64,000 nt of DNA from Spirochaetia bacterium (GTDB lineage Bacteria > Spirochaetota > Spirochaetia > UBA9216), in NCBI GenBank assembly GCA_965140585.1, contig OZ223264.1, positions 704,001-768,000 on the forward strand, in the 5' to 3' direction. Below are positions 41,012-51,595 of this stretch, piece by piece (the stretch's first letter is position 1; each line of letters begins with the position of its first letter). The notes beneath the pieces are model-generated. The model had not been told where the DNA came from, searched no databases, and was given only the letters and a program-made list of their open reading frames with translations. The translations under genes were made by a program, and so were the position numbers.

Positions 41012-42199
41012 TTATTTAACCGAAATATTGATGATATGTTCTGATTCTGCGATTGATTTTATCAGTTGCTCTCCGGGCATATCATCAAGTTTTATTGTAC
41101 ATACCGCGGCTTTATCTCCCTCGAATATGCTGTTCTGCATTTCCTCTATGTTTATACCGGCTGTTCTTATTTCATCCAGCACGCCTGCAAGTACTCCGAC
41201 GTGGTTGAAATGTCTTACAACCAGGTTTATATCATTTTCCGGTTTGTTTCTGAGGTTAACTACGTTAGGCGGAATTCCTGTACGACGGTATTCTGATATG
41301 ACACGTACTGTTTCCATTGCAATTGCCTCAGAGGCCTGTGTTGTAGACGCTCCTATGTGGTGTGTTCCGGTAATCAGCCCGGCAAGTTCAGTGTCTATGA
41401 ACTCTTTTGATGAGGTGGAGGGTTCATCTTCGTATACATCAAGAGCCGCTTTTATACCCCTGGCTTTGACTGCTTCCTTCAGGGCCGCTGTATCTACTAT
41501 TTCACCTCTGGATGTATTTATGAAGATGCTGCCCGGTTTCATTGCACTGAAAAACTTGCTGCCGATAAAGTGGACGGTTTCAGCCGAGGCTGCCAGATGT
41601 ACCGATACCGCATCGCTGATTTCTGCGAGTTCTTCTGGTGTGCTGCAGTATTCTACGCCGAGCTCTTCTGCTTTTTCTGGAGTGAGGCTTCTCGACCATG
41701 CGGCGGTTTTCATGTCGAAACCCTTTGCTCTTTCTGAAACCGCGGCACCTATTGCTCCCATCCCTATAATGCCCAGTGTCCTGCCTTTCAGTCCTCCTGC
41801 CTTGCTGTAAAGTTTCTTGTTCCATATTCCTGCTCTTAAATCGGCGGTACAGGCAGCAATATTCCGGTCGGCAGCTATCAGCAGGCCCATTGCAAGTTCG
41901 GCTACGGCGGCTGTATTTTTGCCCGGACAGTTTGCAACATGGATTCCAAGCTTTGATGCTGCTGCCAGGTCTATTGTATTGACGCCTGCACCGGCCCTGA
42001 TAATAAGCGAGAGGTTTCTGCCTGCTTCTATCGTCGCCGCAGTTACCTTTGTTGAGCGGACGATAAGGATGTCAAAGGGTTGAATTCTTTCCGGCAGGAT
42101 GTCGGCAGTAAGTCCAGGTTCAGAGGTGACTTCCATACCGGCGGATTTCAGTTTTTTTTCGGCATTTTCAGACAGACTGTCTGCGATCAGGATTCTCAT
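41012..42199 (-). CDS. D-isomer 2-hydroxyacid / phosphoglycerate dehydrogenase-like protein with ACT domain
   Basis: RAGAGVNTID, GIIGMGAIG, NTSRG, LDVY..EP, HIGAST; C-terminal HFNHVGVLA ACT. Confidence 0.85.
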   Translation of the reverse strand: MRILIADSLSENAEKKLKSAGMEVTSEPGLTADILPERIQPFDILIVRSTKVTAATIEAGRNLSLIIRAGAGVNTIDLAAASKLGIHVANCPGKNTAAVAELAMGLLIAADRNIAACTADLRAGIWNKKLYSKAGGLKGRTLGIIGMGAIGAAVSERAKGFDMKTAAWSRSLTPEKAEELGVEYCSTPEELAEISDAVSVHLAASAETVHFIGSKFFSAMKPGSIFINTSRGEIVDTAALKEAVKARGIKAALDVYEDEPSTSSKEFIDTELAGLITGTHHIGASTTQASEAIAMETVRVISEYRRTGIPPNVVNLRNKPENDINLVVRHFNHVGVLAGVLDEIRTAGINIEEMQNSIFEGDKAAVCTIKLDDMPGEQLIKSIAESEHIINISVK

Positions 42200-42264
42200 G
42201 GGGAACCTCCTGCTTCAATTATAATACTGCATAATGTATGTCGCAATAAAATTGTGTATAGCTA

Positions 42265-42301
42265 AATATTTACAATAATTATTAATGTTAATGTAAATAT
42301 T
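42265..42301. promoter_or_regulatory. 10-bp perfect inverted repeat in divergent intergenic region
   Basis: AATATTTACA-N17-TGTAAATATT. Confidence 0.5.
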
Positions 42302-42386
42302 ATGTGTAAAAATTGCAGATATTTTCATCGTTGCTGTGCTGAATAAGCTGTGTTAAACTAAAATATTATTTGATACAGAGAGGTTG

Positions 42387-43856
42387 ATGATGAAATCAAG
42401 CGACAAGGTCCTGGAAAATACCATTAAAAGATGCAGGGAAAGAAATATTATAATCCCTACTTATGCACAGATGAAAAATCCTGAACTGATACCCGGCGGG
42501 ATTACGGATGAGCTTAAAAATGTCGGAATGCAGGATCTTAATTCGCTGAACCTTTTCAGGATAACATGGAAAAATGAACCGGTTGAAAGGGGCGGAGGTT
42601 TCGGAGACGTAAACTATATTGAGATACCTTCAGAGATAACAGGAGTGAAAGCCAGGATTTTTCTGCTCATAGGAAAATTCTTTCCGACCGGTGCCCACAA
42701 GGTCGGCGCGACATTCGGCCCCCTTGTAGAGAAGCTTGTTTCAGGCCATTTTGACCCGACTGAGCAGAAGGCTCTCTGGCCGTCTACTGGAAACTACTGC
42801 CGGGGCGGAGTATACAATTCATGCCTGCTGGGCTGTGATTCAATTGCCATTCTGCCCGAAGAGATGTCCAAAGAGCGTTTTGACTGGCTTCATAATCTGG
42901 GTGCAGAGGTCTTTGCAACCCATGGCTGTGAAAGCAATGTAAAAGAGATATATGACAAGTGCAAGGAGCTTGAAGCCGAACGCGGCGATCAGATAGTAAA
43001 CCTTAACCAGTTTTCAGAAATTGGCAACCCGATGTGGCACTACGCTGTTACCGGACCTGCGATGGAGGAAGTTTTTAATAATAATAAAAAGCCGGGCCAG
43101 AGATTGAGTGCTCTGTTCCTGACCCAGGGCTCTGCCGGCACTCTTGGTTCCGGAGAGTATCTGAAAACGGTATATCCCCAGCTTAAGATCTGCGCCGGTG
43201 AGGCGCTTCAATGCCCGACTCTGCTGTACAACGGTTACGGCGGCCATAGAATCGAAGGGATTGGCGACAAGCATGTACCATGGGTTCATAATCTTAAAAA
43301 TACGGATATGGCGGCCGGTATAGATGATGAAGCTGTCATAAGAATAATGCGGCTGTTCAATGAGAAAGAAGGTCAGGCTTACCTGAAAGAGAAGGGTGTT
43401 GCCGATGAGGTAATTGCCAGACTTCCATACCTGGGAATCTCCTCAATTGCAAACATGCTCGGGGCGGTCAAGATGGCCAAGTACTATGAGATGAACGGGA
43501 ATGATACCGTATTCTCTCTTGCGACCGATTCTATGGAGATGTATCAGTCCAGGCTGGCCGAGTATGATCAGAAATACGGCAAATACAGTCATGAGAAGGC
43601 CGCAGTATGCTATGAGAGATATCTTATGGGCTGCGGCACTGAGAACATGATTGAGACTACCTATTATGAGCGCAAGCGCATGCATAATCTGAAGTATTTT
43701 ACCTGGGTTGAACAGCAGGGCAAGACAGTCGAAGAGCTGAATGCTCAGTGGTACGATGATACCTACTGGACTGACCAGTTCTCCAAGGCAGATGAGTGGG
43801 ATGATAAAATCAGGGAGTTCAATGAAAAAACAGGACTTCTGAAGAAGTACATTTAG
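42387..43856 (+). CDS. PLP-dependent fold-type II enzyme (cysteine synthase/TrpB superfamily, uncharacterised long subfamily)
   Basis: FPTGAHKVGA (PLP Lys), WPSTGNYCRGG, GSAGTLG, HRIEGIGD. Confidence 0.8.
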   Translation: MMKSSDKVLENTIKRCRERNIIIPTYAQMKNPELIPGGITDELKNVGMQDLNSLNLFRITWKNEPVERGGGFGDVNYIEIPSEITGVKARIFLLIGKFFPTGAHKVGATFGPLVEKLVSGHFDPTEQKALWPSTGNYCRGGVYNSCLLGCDSIAILPEEMSKERFDWLHNLGAEVFATHGCESNVKEIYDKCKELEAERGDQIVNLNQFSEIGNPMWHYAVTGPAMEEVFNNNKKPGQRLSALFLTQGSAGTLGSGEYLKTVYPQLKICAGEALQCPTLLYNGYGGHRIEGIGDKHVPWVHNLKNTDMAAGIDDEAVIRIMRLFNEKEGQAYLKEKGVADEVIARLPYLGISSIANMLGAVKMAKYYEMNGNDTVFSLATDSMEMYQSRLAEYDQKYGKYSHEKAAVCYERYLMGCGTENMIETTYYERKRMHNLKYFTWVEQQGKTVEELNAQWYDDTYWTDQFSKADEWDDKIREFNEKTGLLKKYI

Positions 43857-43859
43857 AGA

Positions 43860-44282
43860 TTAATAATCTCCGTTACTGAAGTTACGGTTCTTTTTAATGC
43901 CGGCGCGCCGTTTTTTGTCGGCTATTCGGGCTTCGACAGCGGCGCGTGAGGGCTTTGTTTTTTTTCGCTTCTTGTTTCTTCGAAGGCTGTCGCAGATTAG
44001 CAGAGTTAGGTTTTCTACTGCGATTTCACGGTTACGGAGCTGGGAGCGTTCCTGCTGGACGCTTATGAACAGTTCATCCTTTGTGTTTATTCTTCCTGCC
44101 AGTTTTATTCTTAGACGGGCTTTCTCTTCAATACTGAGTGAATAGATTTCTTCAACCGGAACAGTGAGAGTTACCCGGCTGTTGACCTTGTTGACGTTCT
44201 GGCCGCCTGGACCGGCTGATCTGGAGAATGAGAATATTCCGCTTTTTTCGATATCTTTTTCAAGAAGATCGGGATTTACCAT
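43860..44282 (-). CDS. arfB: ribosome rescue factor ArfB (peptidyl-tRNA hydrolase)
   Basis: RSAGPGGQNVNKVNS, RSQLRNRE, basic tail KKTKPSRAA...K. Confidence 0.9.
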   Translation of the reverse strand: MVNPDLLEKDIEKSGIFSFSRSAGPGGQNVNKVNSRVTLTVPVEEIYSLSIEEKARLRIKLAGRINTKDELFISVQQERSQLRNREIAVENLTLLICDSLRRNKKRKKTKPSRAAVEARIADKKRRAGIKKNRNFSNGDY

Positions 44283-44318
44283 AAACAGATAATATACCGG
44301 GAACCCCGATCCAATCAA

Positions 44319-45185
44319 TCAGAAGATAAGGCTGTAGTTTCTGATGCAGGAGGCCAGTGCTTCAGGGCTTTCAGGAAATGTAATACCGGATGATTTCAGC
44401 CTTGTTGTATCAAGTCTTATATCCCTCGCCGCATCCCTGTACTTCTCAGTATCCCTGATTACAAGTTCGTCAAATCTATCCCCCAGGCCTGTTTCATTGA
44501 AGATGAGGCGCACTGTTTCATATCTGCTGAGGCTGTTTTCTGAACCTGTGTGATATATTCCGGCAGGCAGTTCCAGAATTCTGTTGAATTCCCTCATGAG
44601 ATCGTCGATATTTGTAAGTCCCCGGTATTCGTTGTCCGGAACCTTGAAAGGTTTTCCTTTCATGATGTTTTTCAGTGTCCCCCAGAGAATATTTTCCGAT
44701 ACGGGGCTTCCGTATTCCGGTACACCGAACATCCAGGTAAGCCGGAGTATAAGGCTGTCGCCGCAGACTGACTGGATCTGAACTTCGGCCTCAAGCTTGT
44801 TTTGACCATATACCGTATCAGGTTCTGCTGTATCTTTTTCAATGTAGGGTCCAGGGAGACTGTTGCCGTTAAACACCTGCTCTGTGCTTAGAAAGACCAT
44901 TCTTGAACCGGAGATATCACATGCCTTCGCAATATTTACCGAAGCATCTACATTGGCTGCATGGCAGAGTTCAGGATTCTCATTACAGTATGCGGTCTGG
45001 GCGATTGCTGATGTGTGCAGTACGATATCAGGCTTTACGTTTTTAAAGGTCTCAAGCACTGCACTGTAGTTTTTAAGATCCAGTTCGGTAGATGATGTCC
45101 CGGTAATGCTGAAAATATCACCGTAGGCACGGATAAACCTGCTGCCTACGAATCCTCTGCTGCCTGTTACTAAAATCCTTTTCAA
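44319..45185 (-). CDS. RmlD-like extended SDR (dTDP-4-dehydrorhamnose reductase family)
   Basis: LVTGSRGFVG, STEQVFNG, YGQNKLEAE. Confidence 0.8.
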   Translation of the reverse strand: MKRILVTGSRGFVGSRFIRAYGDIFSITGTSSTELDLKNYSAVLETFKNVKPDIVLHTSAIAQTAYCNENPELCHAANVDASVNIAKACDISGSRMVFLSTEQVFNGNSLPGPYIEKDTAEPDTVYGQNKLEAEVQIQSVCGDSLILRLTWMFGVPEYGSPVSENILWGTLKNIMKGKPFKVPDNEYRGLTNIDDLMREFNRILELPAGIYHTGSENSLSRYETVRLIFNETGLGDRFDELVIRDTEKYRDAARDIRLDTTRLKSSGITFPESPEALASCIRNYSLIF

Positions 45186-45203
45186 ATTGTATCCTTTACG
45201 GAC

Positions 45204-46067
45204 TCAGCCTATGACTTCCTGAAAAGCTTTTGTCATAACTTCCTTGTCAGGGTCCTTGCCGGTCCACATCTTTATATTGATTGCCGCCTGATTGATAAGC
45301 ATTCCCATGCCGGTGCTCCATCCGGCACCCCGCTTTTTGGCTTCGTCCAGAAAGGGAGTGTATGCAGGGTTTGGAATTACATCCTGAACATACATGGCAG
45401 GCAGGATTGAATCATAATTGATAGGAGGCTTTTCATCAACATCAGGATAGAGTCCTATGGGGGTTGCGTTTATAAGAATCTCGGTGTCTGCCGGGACTGA
45501 AAAATTATCGGTCCACGGTACATAGTCCGCAGCAACCTTTGTTTTGGTCTTTAGTGTTTCTATCAGTGATACTGCAAGAGCTTCATCCTTAGGGATATTA
45601 ACAATGGTTATCCTCTCTGCTCCGGCAAAGGCCAGTTCGACTGATATTGCGCGGGCGGCGCCGCCTGCGCCCAGAATTAAAACCTTTTTGTTTTCAGGAG
45701 AGATGCCGGAGTTTCTGAGTGATTCCATGAAGCCCTTGCCGTCAGTGTTTTCCCCAAAAAGTCTGCCGTCGTTGTTTACTATCATGTTCACTGCGCCAAT
45801 AAGCTCTGCACTTGGAGATATTTCATCAAGATATTTAAGCACTTCTATTTTATGAGGGATTGTGCAGTTTATGCCCTTCATTTTCATGGCCTTCAGTCCT
45901 GTTATTGCATCTGCAAGCTTTCCTGGGTCAACATCAATTGTAAGAAAGCGCCAGCGTTCAAGGCCCATAGCTTTAAATGCAGCCTCCTGTATGACTACTC
46001 CCGGGTTTTCTGCTGCCGGATGGCCGAATACGCCTACCAGATTATCCAGATAATTCTGTTCCTTCAT
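45204..46067 (-). CDS. aroE: shikimate dehydrogenase family protein
   Basis: NCTIPHK, IGAVN, NTDG, GAGGAARA, NATPIG. Substrate site is atypical (ENPG instead of HSLSP). Confidence 0.75.
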   Translation of the reverse strand: MKEQNYLDNLVGVFGHPAAENPGVVIQEAAFKAMGLERWRFLTIDVDPGKLADAITGLKAMKMKGINCTIPHKIEVLKYLDEISPSAELIGAVNMIVNNDGRLFGENTDGKGFMESLRNSGISPENKKVLILGAGGAARAISVELAFAGAERITIVNIPKDEALAVSLIETLKTKTKVAADYVPWTDNFSVPADTEILINATPIGLYPDVDEKPPINYDSILPAMYVQDVIPNPAYTPFLDEAKKRGAGWSTGMGMLINQAAINIKMWTGKDPDKEVMTKAFQEVIG

Positions 46068-46302
46068 AACTGCTCTCCTGTTTTGTTTGAAAGAAAATAT
46101 AAAAAGTGTAAATGAAAAAATAATACTTTCGTATAAAGATGATAAGGCAGTGAAAGAGGCTTGTCAATCTTAATAATTCTGTAATGTTATAAAAGCAATT
46201 CATATTACCCTGTTTTTGCAGTAGCCTGGCCCTGAAAATAGGTAAAGAGGAGGATGAAAGTATATTAAAAGGCTAATATTTAGAATTTGCAATTATGATT
46301 TA

Positions 46303-46331
46303 TTGACTTTCATATGAAAAGCAAATACTAT
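46303..46331 (+). promoter_or_regulatory. sigma70-like promoter of the glycyl radical enzyme
   Basis: TTGACT-N17-TACTAT. Confidence 0.6.
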
Positions 46332-46356
46332 AAATACAAAAATATTTGGAGCTATT

Positions 46357-48744
46357 ATGACTGGCAGAATCAGCGGCTACAGAGACAGAATTCTCAAAAC
46401 TAAACCTACGGTGTGTATTGAAAGGGCTCGTTTTTATACTGAAGCCTATAAAAAGCACGAAGACAAACCGGTAATTATAAAAAGAGCTCATGCACTCCGG
46501 GATACTTTGGAGAATATGAGCATAAGGATTGAACCGGAAGATCTGATAGTTGGAAACCATTCTTCTGCTATTTATGCTGCTCCGATTTTCCCTGAATATG
46601 CTGTTGAGTGGATTGAAAAAGAAATCGATGAGTTTGAGAAAAGAAGCGGCGACGCCTTCTACCCCTCAGATGAAATAAAAAAAGAGCTTCTGGAACTCTG
46701 CAGATACTGGGAGCATAAAACAACCCTTGATAAGGGCCGTGCAATGATGGCGGAAGAACTGCTTGAAATTCACGAAACAGGAATAATCCGTGCAGAAGGA
46801 AATCTGACCTCCGGTGATGCGCACATAGCCGCTCATTTCAGGCTCATTCTTGAAAACGGACTGGAGTGGTTTAAGCAAAAGGCTTCAGATAAACTTGAAA
46901 CCTCGGATTTTATATCAGGCGAGGATATTAAAAAGCGGCTGTTTTACAAGTCGGTCATAATGAGCCTCGAAGCCATGCAGGATTTTATACTCCGTTTTGC
47001 AGACCTTGCATTGGAAATGAGCCGATCCGAAGCTGATGAGCAGCGGAAAGCAGAGCTTGAAAAAATAGAAAAGAACTGCCGCAGCATATCTGCAGGTAAA
47101 CCCGAGACTTTCTACCAGGCTCTTCAGCTGACATATTTTGTGCAGTTAGTTCTTCAGATAGAGAGCAACGGACATTCGCTGTCACTTGGAAGGATGGATC
47201 AGTATCTGTATCCCTTCTATAAAGAGGATGCGGATAAAGGACTGATAGATGATGATGAGGTGATGGAGCTTCTAGAAAACCTCTGGCTCAAACTTGTAAG
47301 TATCAAAAAGATCCGCTCCTGGTCGCATACCCGGTTTTCTGCCGGCGGACCGCTTTATCAGAATGTGACGATTGGCGGTCAGCTTCAGGACGGTTCAGAT
47401 GCAGCAAACGAACTGTCTTTCCTGATTCTTAAATCAGTAGGCGAGACAAAACTGACTCAGCCGAATCTTTCAGTTCGTTTTCATCCGGGAATTGACAACG
47501 AGTTTCTACGTGAATGCATCAGGGTAATCCGGCTGGGCTTCGGGATGCCTGCTTTCAATAATGACTCAATAGTAATCCCCTCATTCCTTGACCTGGGAGT
47601 TGAACCCGAAGATGCCTGGGACTATTCGGCCATAGGCTGTATTGAGACAGCGGTGCCTGGTAAGTGGGGATACAGATGTACCGGAAAGCATTTTCTCAAT
47701 TTTATGAGGGTTTTCCTTGCAGCCCTTAATGATGGAAAAGACCCTGTAAGTGGAAAAACTTTCTGCAGCGGTACCGGAAAATTTACCGATTTTACCGATT
47801 TCAGCCAGGTAATGGATGCCTGGGAAAAACAGGTAAGGTTTTTTGCAAAGGCCGGTGTTGCCATAGATTCCGCAATTGATGTGGTCCTGCGGGATGAAGC
47901 TCCCGATATTCTATGTTCAGCCTTTACCGATGACTGTCTGGATCGGGGCCTTACAATACATGAAGGTGGAAGTAAATATGATTTTGAATCGGGACTTCAG
48001 GTTGGAATAGCCAACCTTGGAGATTCTCTTGCTGCAATAAAGAAGCTCGTATTTGAAGAAAAGCGTATAAGTCCGTCGGAACTTATGAATGCGATTGAAA
48101 ACGATTTTGCAGGCCAGGAAGGTGAGAAGCTGAGGCAGATTCTTCTTAACTTTGCCCCGAAATTCGGAAATGATGAAGATTATGTAGATAATCTGCTTGG
48201 TGAAGCCTATGATAAATATCTCGATGAGGTTGAAAAATACAGTACCATCAGAAAAGGCAGTCCTGCAATCGGCTGCCGCTATTATGGCGGTACCTCCAGT
48301 ATTTCAAGTAATGTTCCCTCAGGTGCAATAGTTCCGGCAACACCCGACGGAAGAAAGGCCTGGACTCCGCTTGCAGAAGGAGCCTCACCCTCAGCCGGCG
48401 CTGACAGATGCGGACCGACCGCAGTGCTTCAGAGCATCGGAAAGCTGCCGACTGACCGAATCCTCGGCGGAGTCTTGCTAAACCAGAAATTCACCCCTGC
48501 AGTTCTTGATTCAGGCGCAAACAGGGAAAAACTGATTTCAATGCTGCATACATTCTTTGATGATCTCAAGGGCTGGCATATACAGTACAATATTGTTGAT
48601 AAGGAAACCCTTGTTGAGGCTCAGGAGAAACCTGAGGAGTATAACGATCTTGTTGTCAGGGTTGCAGGGTACTCTGCCTTTTTCACCAATCTTTCAACCG
48701 AAACCCAGAATGATATTATTTCAAGGACAGAGCAGACCATGTAA
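46357..48744 (+). CDS. glycyl radical enzyme, YbiW/PflF-like
   Basis: RVAGYSAFF glycyl loop; single-Cys loop AIGCIETAVPGKWGYRCTG; AEGNLTSGDAH; SNGHSLSLGRMDQYL. Confidence 0.9.
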   Translation: MTGRISGYRDRILKTKPTVCIERARFYTEAYKKHEDKPVIIKRAHALRDTLENMSIRIEPEDLIVGNHSSAIYAAPIFPEYAVEWIEKEIDEFEKRSGDAFYPSDEIKKELLELCRYWEHKTTLDKGRAMMAEELLEIHETGIIRAEGNLTSGDAHIAAHFRLILENGLEWFKQKASDKLETSDFISGEDIKKRLFYKSVIMSLEAMQDFILRFADLALEMSRSEADEQRKAELEKIEKNCRSISAGKPETFYQALQLTYFVQLVLQIESNGHSLSLGRMDQYLYPFYKEDADKGLIDDDEVMELLENLWLKLVSIKKIRSWSHTRFSAGGPLYQNVTIGGQLQDGSDAANELSFLILKSVGETKLTQPNLSVRFHPGIDNEFLRECIRVIRLGFGMPAFNNDSIVIPSFLDLGVEPEDAWDYSAIGCIETAVPGKWGYRCTGKHFLNFMRVFLAALNDGKDPVSGKTFCSGTGKFTDFTDFSQVMDAWEKQVRFFAKAGVAIDSAIDVVLRDEAPDILCSAFTDDCLDRGLTIHEGGSKYDFESGLQVGIANLGDSLAAIKKLVFEEKRISPSELMNAIENDFAGQEGEKLRQILLNFAPKFGNDEDYVDNLLGEAYDKYLDEVEKYSTIRKGSPAIGCRYYGGTSSISSNVPSGAIVPATPDGRKAWTPLAEGASPSAGADRCGPTAVLQSIGKLPTDRILGGVLLNQKFTPAVLDSGANREKLISMLHTFFDDLKGWHIQYNIVDKETLVEAQEKPEEYNDLVVRVAGYSAFFTNLSTETQNDIISRTEQTM

Positions 48745-48755
48745 ACAGTCTGCAG

Positions 48756-48794
48756 AAAAAAAGCTGAGTCAGGTCGTTCTGCTCAGCTTTTTTT
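48756..48794. terminator. bidirectional intrinsic terminator
   Basis: AAAAAAAGCTGAG...CTCAGCTTTTTTT between convergent genes. Confidence 0.85.
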
Positions 48795-48807
48795 ATTTAT
48801 ATGAGTG

Positions 48808-49732
48808 CTAAATCTTTTTTTCTCTGACCGGATTCAGCTCATATCTTTCAAGAATTGAGTACAGTTCATCCAGTTCCTCTTCGGTAAGGGGGGCAAGCCC
48901 CTTGAGTACTTGATAATCCCTGTCCATCGTATGGTACTTGCTTTCAGCAAGCGGATTAAAGTTGATCAGCTCAAGCGACGTTTCCAGGTGCATTATCTGA
49001 TACGAAGGAAGCCACAGCTTCAACATTTTCCGGTGTTGCCGTTATTCCGGGTATCAGAGGTATACGTACAAGTATTTCGGAATGGACAGCCGAAAGTTTT
49101 TTGAAGTTTTCAAGAATAATGCGGTTATCGGTTCCTGTGTACTTTTTATGCATCTCGTTATCAATCAGTTTTTATATCAACAATGAAAAGATCGGTACAT
49201 TCCTTAAAACTTAAAAGAATTTCAGGCTTTGTAAACATGGACGATTCTATTGCAGTATGAACACCTTTCGCTTTACATGCGCTTAATACCGCTTTGCTGA
49301 AATCAGGCTGAAAAACGGGATCACCGCCGGAAATTGTAATACCGCCTCCCGGATGTTTCATAAAATTCCCGGTCTTTTAGCAGTGTCTTCTACGGCCTCA
49401 TCAACCGACATATAGTATCCGTCGAAGCTGAGTGCCTTTGTGGGACATGCTGCGACACAGTCGCCGCAGCGTGTGCATTTATCATGATCTATTTTTATAA
49501 AGGGCTCTCCGGGTAATGCGGCTGTGAGCGCCCCGAAGCTGCAGGCTTCGACACAGGATTTACATGCTATGCACTTACGTTCAAAGAACCAGAGACTGAG
49601 TTTGATATTTATACCTTCGGGGTTGTGACACCAGAGGCAGCCGAGGGGACAGCCTTTAAGAAAAAGTGTTGTTCTTATTCCCGGACCATCATGCACCGCA
49701 AATTTTTTAAAATCAAAAACTATTCCGTTCAT
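48808..49732 (-). pseudogene. glycyl-radical activating enzyme (radical SAM), split by several single-base indels (possibly sequencing error)
   Basis: HDGPGIRT, GCPLGCLWCHNPE, two ferredoxin CxxCxxC motifs, GGGITISGGDP, RIPLIPG; spread over four ORF fragments. Confidence 0.85.
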
Positions 49733-49811
49733 CTGTTAAACCTCATTTGGATATTTTTACCAGAACACCCTGATTTTGGCAATTAAAAGGGTAAATCCTT
49801 GAAAATAAAAT

Positions 49812-49840
49812 TTGACAACTGTAATTTGATGGTGTATTGT
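49812..49840 (+). promoter_or_regulatory. sigma70-like promoter of the sugar ABC operon
   Basis: TTGACA-N17-TATTGT. Confidence 0.6.
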
Positions 49841-49900
49841 ATCACATACGATAAAAAATTACTATCATTCGAAAGAAAAAATCAAGGCGAAAGATGGAAG

Positions 49901-50378
49901 ATGAGTAACATATTGAAAGCCAGAGACGAAGAGCATTCCGAGCTTCAATTCAGTTCTTTTTCGAATTCAATGGCGCTTGAGCTTGGACTGAGGCTTGTAG
50001 AGAAAGCCCGTCTCAAGGAACAAGTAGTTACTGTTGATATAAGAAAGCATGGACAGCAGATATTTCATTACGCGCTTGAAGGAACCTCAGCTGATAACGA
50101 CAGCTTGGATAATCCGGAAAAGCAGGGTTGCAGACCGCTTCGGTAAAAGCTCCCTTTATATGAAAGAGGCTGCTGGCTTGAAAAGGAAAATATCACTCGA
50201 TGAGCTCTATTTTATTGACGGAAATGAATATGCGGCCTTCGGCGGTTCATTTCCAATAATAATAAAAGAGACCGGGCCTATAGGGACAGGTAACAGTCAG
50301 CGGTCTGCCGGATGTGGAAGGACCATGAACTTGTTGTATCAGTAATTGAGGGAATTTGTCCGTAAGGACACAGATTAA
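49901..50378 (+). pseudogene. UPF0303/heme-degrading-like (GlcG fold) protein, frameshifted
   Basis: FSSFSNSMALELG, GTSADND/WIIRK...RFGKSS, YAAFGGSFPI, VSGLP...DH fragments in different frames. Confidence 0.75.
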
Positions 50379-50482
50379 ACACTGAAAATCAGTATTAAGG
50401 AGGTTTACATATTTTTTGTCAACAGAGAGTTAGGTTGGTTTAGATTTTAATTAAGAATCAGATTTTTTAATGGAGGACTTAA

Positions 50483-51438
50483 ATGAAAAGAGTAATTGTA
50501 CTGATTTGCATAGTATTAATGGTTGGTGCTATGGCATTTGCGGGTGGTCAGCAGGAAGCTGCCGGCGGAATGGAAAAAGTTGCCTTTATTCCGGGTGAAA
50601 TTGCAAACCCGTCACGGGCTTTTGCAGCAAAGATGTTTGAAAAACATGCAGCTGAATATAATTTTGACGTAACAATCCTTGACGGTAAGGGTGATGCTCA
50701 GGTTGAAACCCAGCTGATCAATAATGCTGTAGCTCAGAAATTCGCAGCTATATTTGTTAACCCCAACGATATCAACGCAGTTATCCCCCGCTCTTATAAA
50801 AGCTAAGAAAGCCGGTGTTATTGTAGGTATGTTCTCATCGGACGTTCCTGCAGAAAGTGCAGATATGGCACGTGATTTCTTCGTAGGTGTTAACGACCTT
50901 ATGGCTGGTGAAGCCGCCGGTCAGGCATTCCTGAACAAAATTCCCAACGGTGCAAAGATTGTTGAGATAGGGCGGTCAGTCAGGACATGATGCCCAGATC
51001 AAGAGACATGATGGTTTCAACCAGAAAATTGCAGGTTCAAAACTTGAAGTAATTGATTACAAAGGCATGTCAGCAGTGGGATACAAACCAGGCTATGATG
51101 ATAATGGAAGACATGATTGTAAAATACGGTGAAGAAATTGACGGTATCTTCTGTCACTGGGACGGGCGGTGCAACAGGTATACTCAATGCACTTGATGCA
51201 GCAGGTATGACCGGAAAATTTATCGTAGGTGTAGACGGCAACAGGGCCGGTTTCGACCAGGTTAGAAGCGGCCGGCAGGAGTGTCACCATTATGCAGAAC
51301 TTTGAAAATATGGCAATGATAGAAATGCAGACCGCCAGAGACCTTCTCGACGGCAAATCAATCAAAGTTGTAAACTTCATACCGCTTGATATAGTAGACC
51401 TTTCAAATATCGATACTTTCACTCCTCCTGAGTGGTAG
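50483..51438 (+). pseudogene. sugar ABC substrate-binding protein (RbsB-like), five +1 indels
   Basis: FAGGQQE signal. Removing five duplicated bases (near 50786, 50970, 51061, 51164, 51277) gives 951 nt, a continuous 317-codon frame ending TPPEW*. Confidence 0.8.
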
Positions 51439-51463
51439 GATTTAACTGGTAAAAATAAATGAG

Positions 51464-51503
51464 ATAAGCTCGTTTTTACATGATTATGTCTAAACGGGCT
51501 TAT
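51464..51503 (+). terminator. intercistronic stem-loop after the SBP gene
   Basis: ATAAGCTCGTTT...AAACGGGCTTAT. Confidence 0.55.
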
Positions 51504-51595
51504 TCATAGAAGCAATTTTAAAACTTAGAGAGTTTTGAATTGCTCCCTCATCTATCTAAAAAAGAAAAAGCTTACAAAGAAAGAGGTTGAGAGAA

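Noticed and set aside
41028-41810. 260-aa plus-strand ORF
   Set aside because: Antisense shadow of the dehydrogenase; Ser/Ile-rich with no motifs or RBS. The same applies to the many other short overlapping ORFs in the track.
46357-48744. Pyruvate formate-lyase call
   Set aside because: Lacks the adjacent Cys-Cys pair; has a single-Cys GCIE loop.
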